From an uncultured virus (IMG/VR IMGVR_UViG_3300017728_001586) (lineage: Duplodnaviria > Heunggongvirae > Uroviricota > Caudoviricetes): a DNA stretch of 64,000 bases. The first letter of the stretch is position 1. Every line of letters begins with the position of its first letter. Position numbers and translations under genes: made by a program. Positions 45,995 through 55,312 of the stretch are shown one piece after another. The notes under the pieces were generated by a model. It made no database searches. It was not told the origin of the DNA and saw only the letters and a program-made list of their open reading frames with translations. Location: IMG/VR virus record IMGVR_UViG_3300017728_001586; one strand, 5' to 3'.

Positions 45995-48097
45995 TTATTT
46001 TTGCCCAATTGGTAGACCTTGGTTGTTAAAGTTATGTGCTAACATTCCATTAACAAAGAAGTTCGAGTTATCTTCAATATCAGTTAAGTTATAAACTTCC
46101 ATTTCTGAATGTTCTTCTACTGATACTATCTCTAGTCCCATTTCATCTTGTCTATCAAACATTATTCCATCTAACATACTGAATACACTATCTCCAACTG
46201 TAAGTTCATGTGTTTCTATATCTTCCATCCAACTATGTTCTTTGACTGATTTCTCAACATCAAATGCACCCCATTCGCCATTTGGTAGCATCAATGGGTG
46301 AGTATCAGTCATCTGTAGAATTCTACCATCTGAGAATGTTATATCCCATATAGAACTGATTGGTTGAGGATTAATTTGTTGTATTCTCTTAGGTTCAAGT
46401 AATTTAGTACTTTCGTTCCAAGACATGACCCATTGACCAATAACACATGACTCGATAGGTGCATGTGAACCATCGCCTAACCATATCATTGAACCTGGAG
46501 CGAAGCAACCTCCGCCTCCTCCTCCACCACCAAAGGTAAACGGATTTCTGTATCCATAAGATGCAGGAGACTGATTGTTTGCAATCGAAGGCGTTCTATG
46601 TTGATAAGTGAAAGGATTTCTTCCACTAAATGGGTTTCTAGCAGAGTTTGGTTGTCTTGCCTGATAAGTGAACGGTTGTCTTGCACTAAATGGTTGTCTA
46701 GCACTATTCGGTTGTCTTGCCTGATATGTACTAGGTGACCTGTGATTATATGAACTAGGCGACCTATGGTCGTATGTAAATGGTTGTCTTGCACTAAATG
46801 GGTTTCTAGCAGCGTTAGGTTGTCTTGCCTGATATGTACTAGGTGACCTATGTTGATATGTACTAGGCGACCTATGGTCATATGTATATGGTGACCTGTG
46901 ATTATATGTAGTAGGTGACCTATGGTTGTAAGTAAACGGATTACGATATGTAAACGGTGACCTATGGTCATATGTAAATGGCGACCTATGTTGATAAGTA
47001 AACGGACTTCTATAAGGTGACCTATGGTCATATGTACCAGGTTGTCTATTGTTGTAAGTACTAGGATTCTGGTAAATACTTGGCGACTGATGCTGATAAC
47101 TACTAGGTTGTCTGTTCTGATAGGTACTCGGATTCTGGTAAATACTTGGCGACTGATGCTGATAAGTACTAGGTTGTCTGTTCTGATAGGTACTTGGATT
47201 CTGATAGATACTCGGTGACTGATGTTGATAAGTCAACGGACTTCTATGCTGATAAGTGAACGGACTTCTATAAGGCGACCTATGGTCATATGTCAACGGA
47301 CTTCTATGGTCATATGTAAACGGACTTCTATAAGGTGACCTATGGTCATATGTTAAAGGAGACCTGTGATTATAAGTAAACGGATTACGATATGTAAACG
47401 GTGACCTATGGTCATATGTAAATGGTGACCTATGTTGATAGATGAACGGACTTCTATAAGGCGACCTATGGTCATATGTATTAGGTTGTCTATTACTATA
47501 TGTAGAAGGTGACCTATGGTCATATGTAAATGGTGACCTATGTTGATATGTCAACGGACTTCTATGTTGATATGTCAACGGACTTCTATGATTATATGTA
47601 GAAGGATCCTGATATGTTCTAGGGTCTCTATATGTAGAAGGCGACCTATGTTGATATGTGCCAGGTTGTCTAGCATTTCTAATATTAGGTTCTTGTTGTG
47701 ACCTAATATTTGGTTCTTGTTGATTTCTAATATTAGGTTCTTGTGCATTTACTGGATTTTGATAAATCGCAGGTTGTCTTCTATCTCTAATATTAGGTTC
47801 TTGTGCATTAGCAATATAAGGATAAGGATTCTGTTTGTTTCTTATATTAGGTTCTTGTGCATTAGCAATATAAGGATAAGGATTCTGTCTGTTTCTTATA
47901 TTGGGTTCTTGTGCGTTTGCGATATAAGGATAAGGTTGTTGAACACTCTGTTGTCCAGAAGCATTATTCCAACCGGTAGGCGTCTTTACATAAATCTGGT
48001 CTGCAGCTTTCCATGTGCCTGAGTCTGTTTTTACCCATGCACCTCGGGTTGCATTCCAACCGGTTGGTGTTTTTACCTTTTGTGAGCCTGTCGCCAT
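45995..48097 (-). CDS. Repeat protein A1 (YxHRSP-rich) with C-terminal Gly8-Hint domain
   Basis: N-terminal VK-x-x-x-G-W hairpin motifs, long Tyr/His/Arg/Ser/Pro repeat, then CFAPG...TDTHP...NFFVNGMLAHN. Confidence 0.88.
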   Translation of the reverse strand: MATGSQKVKTPTGWNATRGAWVKTDSGTWKAADQIYVKTPTGWNNASGQQSVQQPYPYIANAQEPNIRNRQNPYPYIANAQEPNIRNKQNPYPYIANAQEPNIRDRRQPAIYQNPVNAQEPNIRNQQEPNIRSQQEPNIRNARQPGTYQHRSPSTYRDPRTYQDPSTYNHRSPLTYQHRSPLTYQHRSPFTYDHRSPSTYSNRQPNTYDHRSPYRSPFIYQHRSPFTYDHRSPFTYRNPFTYNHRSPLTYDHRSPYRSPFTYDHRSPLTYDHRSPYRSPFTYQHRSPLTYQHQSPSIYQNPSTYQNRQPSTYQHQSPSIYQNPSTYQNRQPSSYQHQSPSIYQNPSTYNNRQPGTYDHRSPYRSPFTYQHRSPFTYDHRSPFTYRNPFTYNHRSPTTYNHRSPYTYDHRSPSTYQHRSPSTYQARQPNAARNPFSARQPFTYDHRSPSSYNHRSPSTYQARQPNSARQPFSARQPFTYQARQPNSARNPFSGRNPFTYQHRTPSIANNQSPASYGYRNPFTFGGGGGGGGCFAPGSMIWLGDGSHAPIESCVIGQWVMSWNESTKLLEPKRIQQINPQPISSIWDITFSDGRILQMTDTHPLMLPNGEWGAFDVEKSVKEHSWMEDIETHELTVGDSVFSMLDGIMFDRQDEMGLEIVSVEEHSEMEVYNLTDIEDNSNFFVNGMLAHNFNNQGLPIGQK
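46031..46507 (-). other. Hint (intein-like) autoprocessing domain, 159 aa
   Basis: Cys1 (CF), block B TxxH, terminal His-Asn followed by Phe; no endonuclease insert. Confidence 0.85.
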
Positions 48098-48129
48098 ATT
48101 ATATAGTCCTTAAAATACTATTCTATTTA

Positions 48130-50784
48130 TTAAGAGTAAAGAACCCATAAATCGCCAACTGCGCCATCACTTCCGCCTGGTGCTGATGTTGACTGATATA
48201 TGTTTCTCGCTGTGCCACCACTGTTTGTTGCATTTGTAATTGTCAATGCGCCAGTGTTTACTGCACTTGGGGTAATCGTTAAATCACCTGTTGATGCACC
48301 TGTAAATGTTCCTGTTCCGAATGTGACTGCATCAGCACTTTCGTCCCAACCAATAAATACATTGGCATCACTTCCTCTTTCGATAACAAAACCTGAATCG
48401 CCTGAAGCAGAACCACTATTACCTGTCCCTAACTCTATAAGTTGGTCTTCGATAGTTGTATTTGTTGCCGAATTGGTTACTGTTGAACCATTAACTGTTA
48501 AGTCGCCTGTGAGAACTAAGTTTCCAAATTGAACATTACTTGATGTTCCAACTGCCTGTCCAATAGAGATTGTTGCGGTTGCACCTTCTCCAGAACCACT
48601 TACTGAGACACCAGTTCCTTGACTTACACCTGCAATATAATTACCTGTTGTGTCTGTTCCAAGTGCGACTGAGTTAGCAGCGACTGTAGTAGAGATACTA
48701 ACATCACCTAAATTGGTCATTGTAGCAGAACCTGTCACATCGCCTGTCAAGGATATTGTTGGGTCACTAACATTCAAATCAATTGTGCCATCTGCATCTT
48801 GATATGTTGCAGTAATACCACTTTCAGTATTACTTGAGAACATCGCCCCAGCGATATCTTGTACATTCTCTGTTGATAATTGAGTGTTAGTTGTTGTGAC
48901 TGAACCACCCAATGCAACTGATTGACCATCAATTGTTATCGTACTATTAGCAAGTTTTGCATTTGTAATTGAACCTGCAAGTTTGGATTGATTGATTGAC
49001 CCTGCCAACATGGCATTAGTAATGTCGTTATCACCAATAACAAAGTCAAGATTACCATTTGTATCATCGTATGATACTGAGATACCTGTTTCGGTACCAT
49101 CTAACATACCACCAACAATGTCTTCGACTTGTTCTGTTGTTAATTGTGTATTTGTTGTAGTTATATTACCACCAAGTGATACTGCTGTACCATCAATAGT
49201 GATTGAAGAATTAGCAAGTTTTGCGTTTGTAATACCACCTGCAAGTTTGCCTTCATTGATAGACCCTGCCAACATGGCATTTGTGACACCAAGTGCTTTT
49301 ACTTGAACTGCATCTGAATCTAATTCGATTGAACTATCGTCAACCCCTACTGCAAGAACACCACTTGAGAATGAAAGACCATTACCAGCGACTGAAGAAG
49401 ACAATGCGATATCATTTGCGTTTGCAGTAATACCGTCTCCCCCAATAACATTAACTGTCACATCACCAGAAGTTCCCCCACCAGTCATACCAGTTCCAGC
49501 AACTACTGAAGAAATATCACCAGCATCGTTTGTGAAACTAATTACACCAGTTGAACTGTTGTATGATAAGTCACCACCAGCAGATATTAAACCTCTAACA
49601 TGTGATGTTGATACTGCAAGGTCGATTGCACCATCGTTTGCATCGTCATAAGATGCAGTAAGACCTGTATGTGTACCATTGGTTGCAATTTGAGCACCAA
49701 CTGTATCTTGTATATTCTCGTAAGGTACTCTAATCTCTAAACTTCCATTTGCATCGTCATATGTCATAGCGACATTGACACCAGAAGTTAGTAGAGCATC
49801 TACTCTATCGTCTACTCTTTCGTTTGTGAAGTATAGGTTACTTGAACCTTCTGTAATCTCGTCTGTATTATCTTTACCTGCAACTGAAGAGTCTACATAT
49901 GCCTTGATTGATTGTTGCGTTGCAAGATGAGTATTACTATTAGAAGCCATATTGTCTTGGTCTAAGACAGCAGTACCCGAAACTGTTCCATTTAGAATTG
50001 GAGTCGTTATTGTTTTGTTTGTTAAGTTTTGTGCAGTAGTTAAATCTGCTGTTATCGAAGTATCGATTGTCACATCGTTTGCATTTGCGATAAGACCATT
50101 ACCTGCAACAACATTTACAGTGACATCGCCACTTGTTCCGCCACCTGTTAGACCAGTTCCTGAGACTACACTTGTTATGTCTCCAGTTGGAACTGTTGCA
50201 ACTTGAGCGTCAACATATGCTTTAACTGATTGCTGACTTGGAAGTTTAGTAGCACTATTACTAGACATATCATCTTCATCAACTAATGCGTTTGTAATTC
50301 TTGCATCTGCTCTTGTATTTGTGAAGTATAAATTACTTGAACCTTCTGTAATCTCGTCTGTATTGTCTTTTGTTAGAATACTTGCATCTACATATGCTTT
50401 AATTGATTGTTGAGTAGCGGCATGAGTTGCTGAGTTTGAAGACATGTCATCTTCATCTTTGAAGTTGACTGCAATATCGTCTGCATTTACAGTAATACCT
50501 GTACCAGCACCAATGTTTAGTGTTGCATCACCTGAACTTGCAGTACCAGTTAAACCAGCACCAGCGTTCACACCTGTGATGTCACCTTGTTGTCCGTTAA
50601 TTGTTAGTGTGCCAGCAGCGTCATCATATGTTAATGAGATACCTGTTCCAGCAGTTAGTAGAGAATCAACTCTATCGTCAACTGCCTCGTTGACAGCGGC
50701 GCCAGTAATTAAACCAGCAGATGTTATGACCTCAGTAGTTCCTACTGTTAGACCATTTTTGATTATGAAATTTTTACTTGTCAT
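48130..50784 (-). CDS. Modular tail-fibre-like virion protein
   Basis: Repeated modules: DEDDMSSNSAT..QQS.KAYVD x3, TDEITEGSSNLYFT x2, GDIT.V.AG.G..G x3, TNAMLAGSI x2; C-terminal STSAP..G..GDLWV. Confidence 0.8.
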   Translation of the reverse strand: MTSKNFIIKNGLTVGTTEVITSAGLITGAAVNEAVDDRVDSLLTAGTGISLTYDDAAGTLTINGQQGDITGVNAGAGLTGTASSGDATLNIGAGTGITVNADDIAVNFKDEDDMSSNSATHAATQQSIKAYVDASILTKDNTDEITEGSSNLYFTNTRADARITNALVDEDDMSSNSATKLPSQQSVKAYVDAQVATVPTGDITSVVSGTGLTGGGTSGDVTVNVVAGNGLIANANDVTIDTSITADLTTAQNLTNKTITTPILNGTVSGTAVLDQDNMASNSNTHLATQQSIKAYVDSSVAGKDNTDEITEGSSNLYFTNERVDDRVDALLTSGVNVAMTYDDANGSLEIRVPYENIQDTVGAQIATNGTHTGLTASYDDANDGAIDLAVSTSHVRGLISAGGDLSYNSSTGVISFTNDAGDISSVVAGTGMTGGGTSGDVTVNVIGGDGITANANDIALSSSVAGNGLSFSSGVLAVGVDDSSIELDSDAVQVKALGVTNAMLAGSINEGKLAGGITNAKLANSSITIDGTAVSLGGNITTTNTQLTTEQVEDIVGGMLDGTETGISVSYDDTNGNLDFVIGDNDITNAMLAGSINQSKLAGSITNAKLANSTITIDGQSVALGGSVTTTNTQLSTENVQDIAGAMFSSNTESGITATYQDADGTIDLNVSDPTISLTGDVTGSATMTNLGDVSISTTVAANSVALGTDTTGNYIAGVSQGTGVSVSGSGEGATATISIGQAVGTSSNVQFGNLVLTGDLTVNGSTVTNSATNTTIEDQLIELGTGNSGSASGDSGFVIERGSDANVFIGWDESADAVTFGTGTFTGASTGDLTITPSAVNTGALTITNATNSGGTARNIYQSTSAPGGSDGAVGDLWVLYS

Positions 50785-51002
50785 TAGATAGTGCCTCCAT
50801 CAATGGTGGCGTTAGATAGTCTCGTATCAAATGAAGAGTTGAATCTTGAAGTAGTCATATACAGGTTAGTTGAACCTTCTGTTATATCGTCTGAATCCAC
50901 ATTGGATAACGCACCTGGTACGATTTTTCCACTTGAATTTATGACTTCAGATGACCCTACTGATAACCCATACTCGATTACAAATGTTTGTGTTGTTGCC
51001 AT
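50784..51002 (-). CDS. Small fibre-module protein
   Basis: Shares GLSVG..EVI.SSG and DDITEGSTNLY modules with next gene; ends DGGTI. Confidence 0.7.
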   Translation of the reverse strand: MATTQTFVIEYGLSVGSSEVINSSGKIVPGALSNVDSDDITEGSTNLYMTTSRFNSSFDTRLSNATIDGGTI

Positions 51003-51043
51003 TGCTTGTGTCCTTTTGTAAAAGTATTAGTAATTAATACTAT

Positions 51044-51051
51044 TATTTATA
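51044..51051 (-). promoter_or_regulatory. Late promoter TATAAATA
   Basis: Exact motif upstream of 51002. Confidence 0.7.
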
Positions 51052-51111
51052 GATTGGTGTCGTTCTAAAGACCTCATTTTCCCTAATAAAATTCAATTAG
51101 TTATAACTATT

Positions 51112-51930
51112 TTATACAGCGTGGTCTATTCGCTTAAAATTATAAACTGTGGAGTTTGTACTGGCAGAAGTGACTCTCAATCTGAGATTGCCTGAGTTGA
51201 TATCTACTGAGAAACTTCCTAACTCACTAGATGTACCTTGTAGGACTGTACCAAACTGCGTTATACTTGCGTTAGTACCGTCGTGTATTACATGAACCTC
51301 TGTTATCTCATAATCACCACCAGTAGCGTCTGAGACTGTTATAGTATACTTTGCACCTCTATAACTTGCAATCGCCATTGTATCTAAATTTGTGATAGTA
51401 GTCGATGTTGTAGTCACTGTACCAGAAGTAAGTCCTGAACCAGCATCTTGAAAAGATAAAGTACCAGAACCATTAGTCATTAAGACTTGGTTGTTAGAAC
51501 CATCTGAAGTTGGATATAATAATCCACCTGCTGTTAGTGTTGAAGAAGTTAAATCTCCAAGTTTTAAATCAGCAAGTGCATAACCAGAACCACTAGTATT
51601 AACTGTAGTTCCTGGTTCTACCTCTAAACCATCGAATAATGTCCATGTAGAATCCGATGCATCTCTGAATAGACCTGTGTACTCAGATGCACCACCATCT
51701 GATAAACCATCGTTGTAGTTTCCGTAGAAACCAATATCGATTAGGTCTGAACTAGTATTTTGATTTGCGAACTCAAACATTGAGTCGCCAACAGATGTCG
51801 TTGTAGAATTGACTGTTAAAGTTGTCCCTGTAACCGTTAAGTCACCTGCAACTGTTAAATCGCCATCTACTTGGGTGTTTAGTTTTGACTGTACACCTAA
51901 ATCTGCGAAAAATTTTACTTTCGATGCCAT
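51112..51930 (-). CDS. Virion structural/fibre protein
   Basis: GDLTVTGT..VNSTT, PTSDGS..QVL.TNGSG; C-terminal YRGAKY..HDG..QFG domain. Confidence 0.75.
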   Translation of the reverse strand: MASKVKFFADLGVQSKLNTQVDGDLTVAGDLTVTGTTLTVNSTTTSVGDSMFEFANQNTSSDLIDIGFYGNYNDGLSDGGASEYTGLFRDASDSTWTLFDGLEVEPGTTVNTSGSGYALADLKLGDLTSSTLTAGGLLYPTSDGSNNQVLMTNGSGTLSFQDAGSGLTSGTVTTTSTTITNLDTMAIASYRGAKYTITVSDATGGDYEITEVHVIHDGTNASITQFGTVLQGTSSELGSFSVDINSGNLRLRVTSASTNSTVYNFKRIDHAV

Positions 51931-51959
51931 GGTGTTATTTATGTAACTTATCTACCGAC

Positions 51960-51990
51960 AAAAAAAAGGGGACTCTAAAGTCCCCCTTTT
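51960..51990 (-). terminator. Rho-independent terminator
   Basis: GGGGACT-loop-AGTCCCC with T8 run on minus strand. Confidence 0.85.
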
Positions 51991-52008
51991 CATAATATAT
52001 TACTGAAT

Positions 52009-52419
52009 TTAAGCTTCGACTGTAGTTCTGTTAAACTTAATAACCGTTGAGTTTGTACCCGCCGGTGTACATAGTAGTCTAACATTGTCTCCATTAATGT
52101 CTGCATCAAATGTCGCTAAGTTAGTATCTTTAAGCGTTCCGTATTGTGTTAATGTCACGGTAGAACCGTCATGTACTAACATTATCTCTGTTGAGTGGAA
52201 ATTACTTCCCTCTGACATCGCCACGATATATCTCGCAGCTCTATAGGTAGCATGAGCAAAGTTATCAAGTGAGAATTCAGTAGTAGCAGTTTTAGTGATA
52301 CCACCTGTTGTTGTATTCTCGTCTTGAATCTCTTTACCTGTTTCTATTCTATCTGTACTAGAGTTATAAGACATGTGACGGATGAATTCAGCGAGTTTAA
52401 AACTTCTTGTTATAGCCAT
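52009..52419 (-). CDS. Virion structural protein (paralogous C-terminal domain)
   Basis: YRAARY..HDG..TQYG..ADING.N.RL. Confidence 0.72.
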   Translation of the reverse strand: MAITRSFKLAEFIRHMSYNSSTDRIETGKEIQDENTTTGGITKTATTEFSLDNFAHATYRAARYIVAMSEGSNFHSTEIMLVHDGSTVTLTQYGTLKDTNLATFDADINGDNVRLLCTPAGTNSTVIKFNRTTVEA

Positions 52420-52430
52420 TTTCTATCCCC

Positions 52431-53255
52431 CTATGATTGTCTTATTTGGAAAGTATTAACCGTTGTGTTGGTGTTAGCAGGTGTACATAAGAGTCTCATG
52501 TTTCCTGAATTAACATCAGCTGTCAACGAAAATAATGAAGCAGTACTGAATATATCGCCATATTGAACGAAATATGCATTGGATCCATCATTGATTAATA
52601 ATACTTCGGCTGAATGTGTTCCTGCACTCGCATGAGTGGCAGTAATAACATATTTAATACCTTTATTAGATACTGCATTACTTGATAATACTTGATTAGC
52701 AGTAGTTGCACTAAAGACACTATTTGTATAGTATCCTTGTACTAAATTAGCAGCGGTAACTGCTACTACTTCTAATGTATCACCTGCAATTGCATTTTCT
52801 TCCAGTGTGATTGTTGTGGTGTTGGTTGCAGTATAATCTGCACCAGCATCAACTAACTTAACACCATTAAGGAATACTTGTTCTGAACCTACAGTGTAAG
52901 ACAATGCATTACTGTCATCATCGTTACCTGTAAATACAGTTTGGTTACCCGAAACGGTGTATTTGTAAATTGAAACACCTGAACCACCTAAAGTTGCAAA
53001 TGAAACTGTTCCTGAACCATTGGTTTGAAGAACTTGTCCATTTGAACCATCACTGGTTGGAAATGTTATAGCGTCATTAATCTGTAGAGATGTTGGGTTA
53101 GACCCAATCTCTACAACAGCAGCAGAACCATCATTCTTCTCGGTATAAAATCTACCGTGATAAGTATTGACAGCCAATTCCCCTAGTGATAAATCACCAG
53201 TACCAGGAACTGCGTTCTGAGTCGAACTTCTTTTAAACTGTATAACTGTTGCCAT
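52431..53255 (-). CDS. Virion structural/fibre protein
   Basis: MATVIQFKRS..GELAVN N-terminus; VFLNGVKL..DYTA module; shared C-terminal domain. Confidence 0.75.
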   Translation of the reverse strand: MATVIQFKRSSTQNAVPGTGDLSLGELAVNTYHGRFYTEKNDGSAAVVEIGSNPTSLQINDAITFPTSDGSNGQVLQTNGSGTVSFATLGGSGVSIYKYTVSGNQTVFTGNDDDSNALSYTVGSEQVFLNGVKLVDAGADYTATNTTTITLEENAIAGDTLEVVAVTAANLVQGYYTNSVFSATTANQVLSSNAVSNKGIKYVITATHASAGTHSAEVLLINDGSNAYFVQYGDIFSTASLFSLTADVNSGNMRLLCTPANTNTTVNTFQIRQS

Positions 53256-53292
53256 TTCTATCTCCTATTGAAAGTGTGTTAAAGAATATTAA

Positions 53293-54927
53293 TTAAAATG
53301 TTCCACCGTCAATAGCAGTAATGGTAACTGCACCACTTGATACTGTAAAGTTAGCACTAGCAAAACTAGCGATACCTTTATTAGATGTCGTTGCATCTTC
53401 TCCAGTAATGGTTGCTGTACCACCTGAGTACGCTACATCCATACCTTCGCCAGCAGCGACAATTACAGAACCTAAGTTAGAAGCAGTTGATACTTCAGCA
53501 GCAATCGTAATTGCACCTGCACCATTAGTGATATCAATACCATCACCAGCAGTAAGAGTAGCAGCATCCATTAAACCTGAAGATGTGTCACCAATTAAGA
53601 TTTGACCATCTGTAGGAGCTGAACCTGCATAACTGTCAATACTTCCACTCATACTTGCGTTAGCAAGAGTTAAGTTTCCGAATTTACCTGCCATAGCAGT
53701 TCCAGAGAATACTGAAGAACTATCTGTTGCACTTGTTAGAGCGACAAAAGAACCATCTGTATCATCCATACCAAAGAAACCAATTTTAGCACCACCGGAG
53801 TTGTACTTAAATTTAATACCTCTGTCTAGGTTATCGTCTGAACTATCTGAACCAATTTCGAATACAGGGTCAGCGATATTTACTGTTGTTGAGTTTACTG
53901 TTGTTGTAGTACCATTAACTGCCAAGTTTCCTGTGACTGTTAAGTTACCAGATGTTGTTAAAGTTGCAGTTGTAATATCGTCTGATATTAAGTTTCCTGA
54001 AACTGTTAAGTTATTTGCGACTGTCACATTGTTTGGAAGACCAACTGTTAAAGTTTGTCCTGACATTGATGTTTCAATCTCGTTTGCTGTACCAGCGATT
54101 GTTAGTGACTGAGAGTCTAAGTCTACTGCACCTGTTCCACTGTCACCAGCCATATCTAAGTCTGAAGCGGTTACACTACTGTCTACATATGCTTTTACTG
54201 ATTGTTGAGAAGGAACTTTAACTGCTGAGTTAGAAGCCATGTTGTCTTCGTCTACAAAGAAGTTAATCTTATCTAATGTCACATTACTATCTAAGATAGC
54301 TGCAGTATCTACTGCATCATCTGCTAATTTAGCAGCGTTGATAGCGTTGTTTGCGATTGTCATAACACCTGTGTCGGCCATAGTGGCGTCACCAGACATT
54401 ACATTGTCAATCCATTTTGATGTTCCTGTATCATATAATAACATCGCACCATCACCTGCGGATGTGATGTTTACATCACTACCACCAGCAAGGGTTGAAG
54501 TTGTTGAAGCGAAAGAAAGATTTCCTGAACCATCTGTTGCTATAACTTGGTTAGCAGAACCGTCTGCGGTAGGCAGCGTGAAGGTTACTGAAGAACCAAG
54601 AGTATCTGCAGCTTTAAGACCAACGAAGTTTGTTCCGTTATCGGAATCTTCCATGATTTGTAAAGTTGCACCAGCAGTAGAACCATTACCAACTTTAAAG
54701 TTAGCAGGTGTTGCTGAAGAACCAGCAAGCATATCAGTATAATACTTACCACCAATCGCATGGATTAGGGCTGTAGAATTATCTGAATCTACTGATTCGA
54801 TGAATAGTTTAGCAGATGCACCAGAATTACTTCTATCTTGTACATACGCCAATTCACCTTCCGATAAATCTGATATCGCCGGAGCAGATGCGCCTGTACT
54901 TCTTTTGATTTGAATTACTGTTGCCAT
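53293..54927 (-). CDS. Tail-fibre-like virion protein
   Basis: MATVIQIKRS..GELAY N-terminus; fibre modules; ends DGGTF. Confidence 0.78.
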   Translation of the reverse strand: MATVIQIKRSTGASAPAISDLSEGELAYVQDRSNSGASAKLFIESVDSDNSTALIHAIGGKYYTDMLAGSSATPANFKVGNGSTAGATLQIMEDSDNGTNFVGLKAADTLGSSVTFTLPTADGSANQVIATDGSGNLSFASTTSTLAGGSDVNITSAGDGAMLLYDTGTSKWIDNVMSGDATMADTGVMTIANNAINAAKLADDAVDTAAILDSNVTLDKINFFVDEDNMASNSAVKVPSQQSVKAYVDSSVTASDLDMAGDSGTGAVDLDSQSLTIAGTANEIETSMSGQTLTVGLPNNVTVANNLTVSGNLISDDITTATLTTSGNLTVTGNLAVNGTTTTVNSTTVNIADPVFEIGSDSSDDNLDRGIKFKYNSGGAKIGFFGMDDTDGSFVALTSATDSSSVFSGTAMAGKFGNLTLANASMSGSIDSYAGSAPTDGQILIGDTSSGLMDAATLTAGDGIDITNGAGAITIAAEVSTASNLGSVIVAAGEGMDVAYSGGTATITGEDATTSNKGIASFASANFTVSSGAVTITAIDGGTF

Positions 54928-55069
54928 TTTTATTTTCCTATAAAAATTAAATTAATTGTTGTGACTCAGCACTCCTGAGTCGTGAATACATAATATAAAA
55001 CTGTCCTCTCACAATGAGGGTCGTTGTCTCACTGGTCGACAACCTTGATTTGTACTATTATTTAGTGTT

Positions 55070-55312
55070 TTAGAATGTTCCGCCGTCTATCGTAGTGGTG
55101 GTTGTCCACTTATCAGTTGACTGGTCATATGAGAGAAGACCATCATCTGTTTCAGATGCGTTTACATCTGCAAGTTCATTGATAGATTTAGCAGATAAGT
55201 CTGTTGCACCGCCTGGGTTACCAACAGTCACTTGTTTTGCTCTTAGATTTGTTGTGTTAGATAATACGCCACCTATGGTAGCGACTCTTGATACTACGCC
55301 TTTTATTGCCAT
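55070..55312 (-). CDS. Small virion protein
   Basis: ELADVN..DGLLSYD..KW module; ends DGGTF. Confidence 0.7.
   Translation of the reverse strand: MAIKGVVSRVATIGGVLSNTTNLRAKQVTVGNPGGATDLSAKSINELADVNASETDDGLLSYDQSTDKWTTTTTIDGGTF

Noticed and set aside
46031..46507. Canonical mobile intein
   Set aside because: The +1 residue is Phe, only 11 residues follow, and there is no homing endonuclease.
46486..47031. Alternative-frame and antisense ORFs within the repeat genes (also 44481..44762, 45574..45939, 45633..45935, 56076..56834, 56375..56716)
   Set aside because: They stay open as a by-product of repetitive codons; no RBS or independent features.
44500..47950. CRISPR array or non-coding repeat array
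   Set aside because: Unit lengths are multiples of 3, variation is mostly synonymous, there are no unique spacers and no cas genes; these are coding repeats.
44488..48097. Mirror symmetry explained by DNA inverted repeats or antisense coding
   Set aside because: Both genes are on the same strand. The reverse complement of QEPNIR codons (TCTAATATTAGGTTCTTG) does not resemble YxHRSP codons (TATGACCATAGGTCACC), so the symmetry exists only at protein-unit level.
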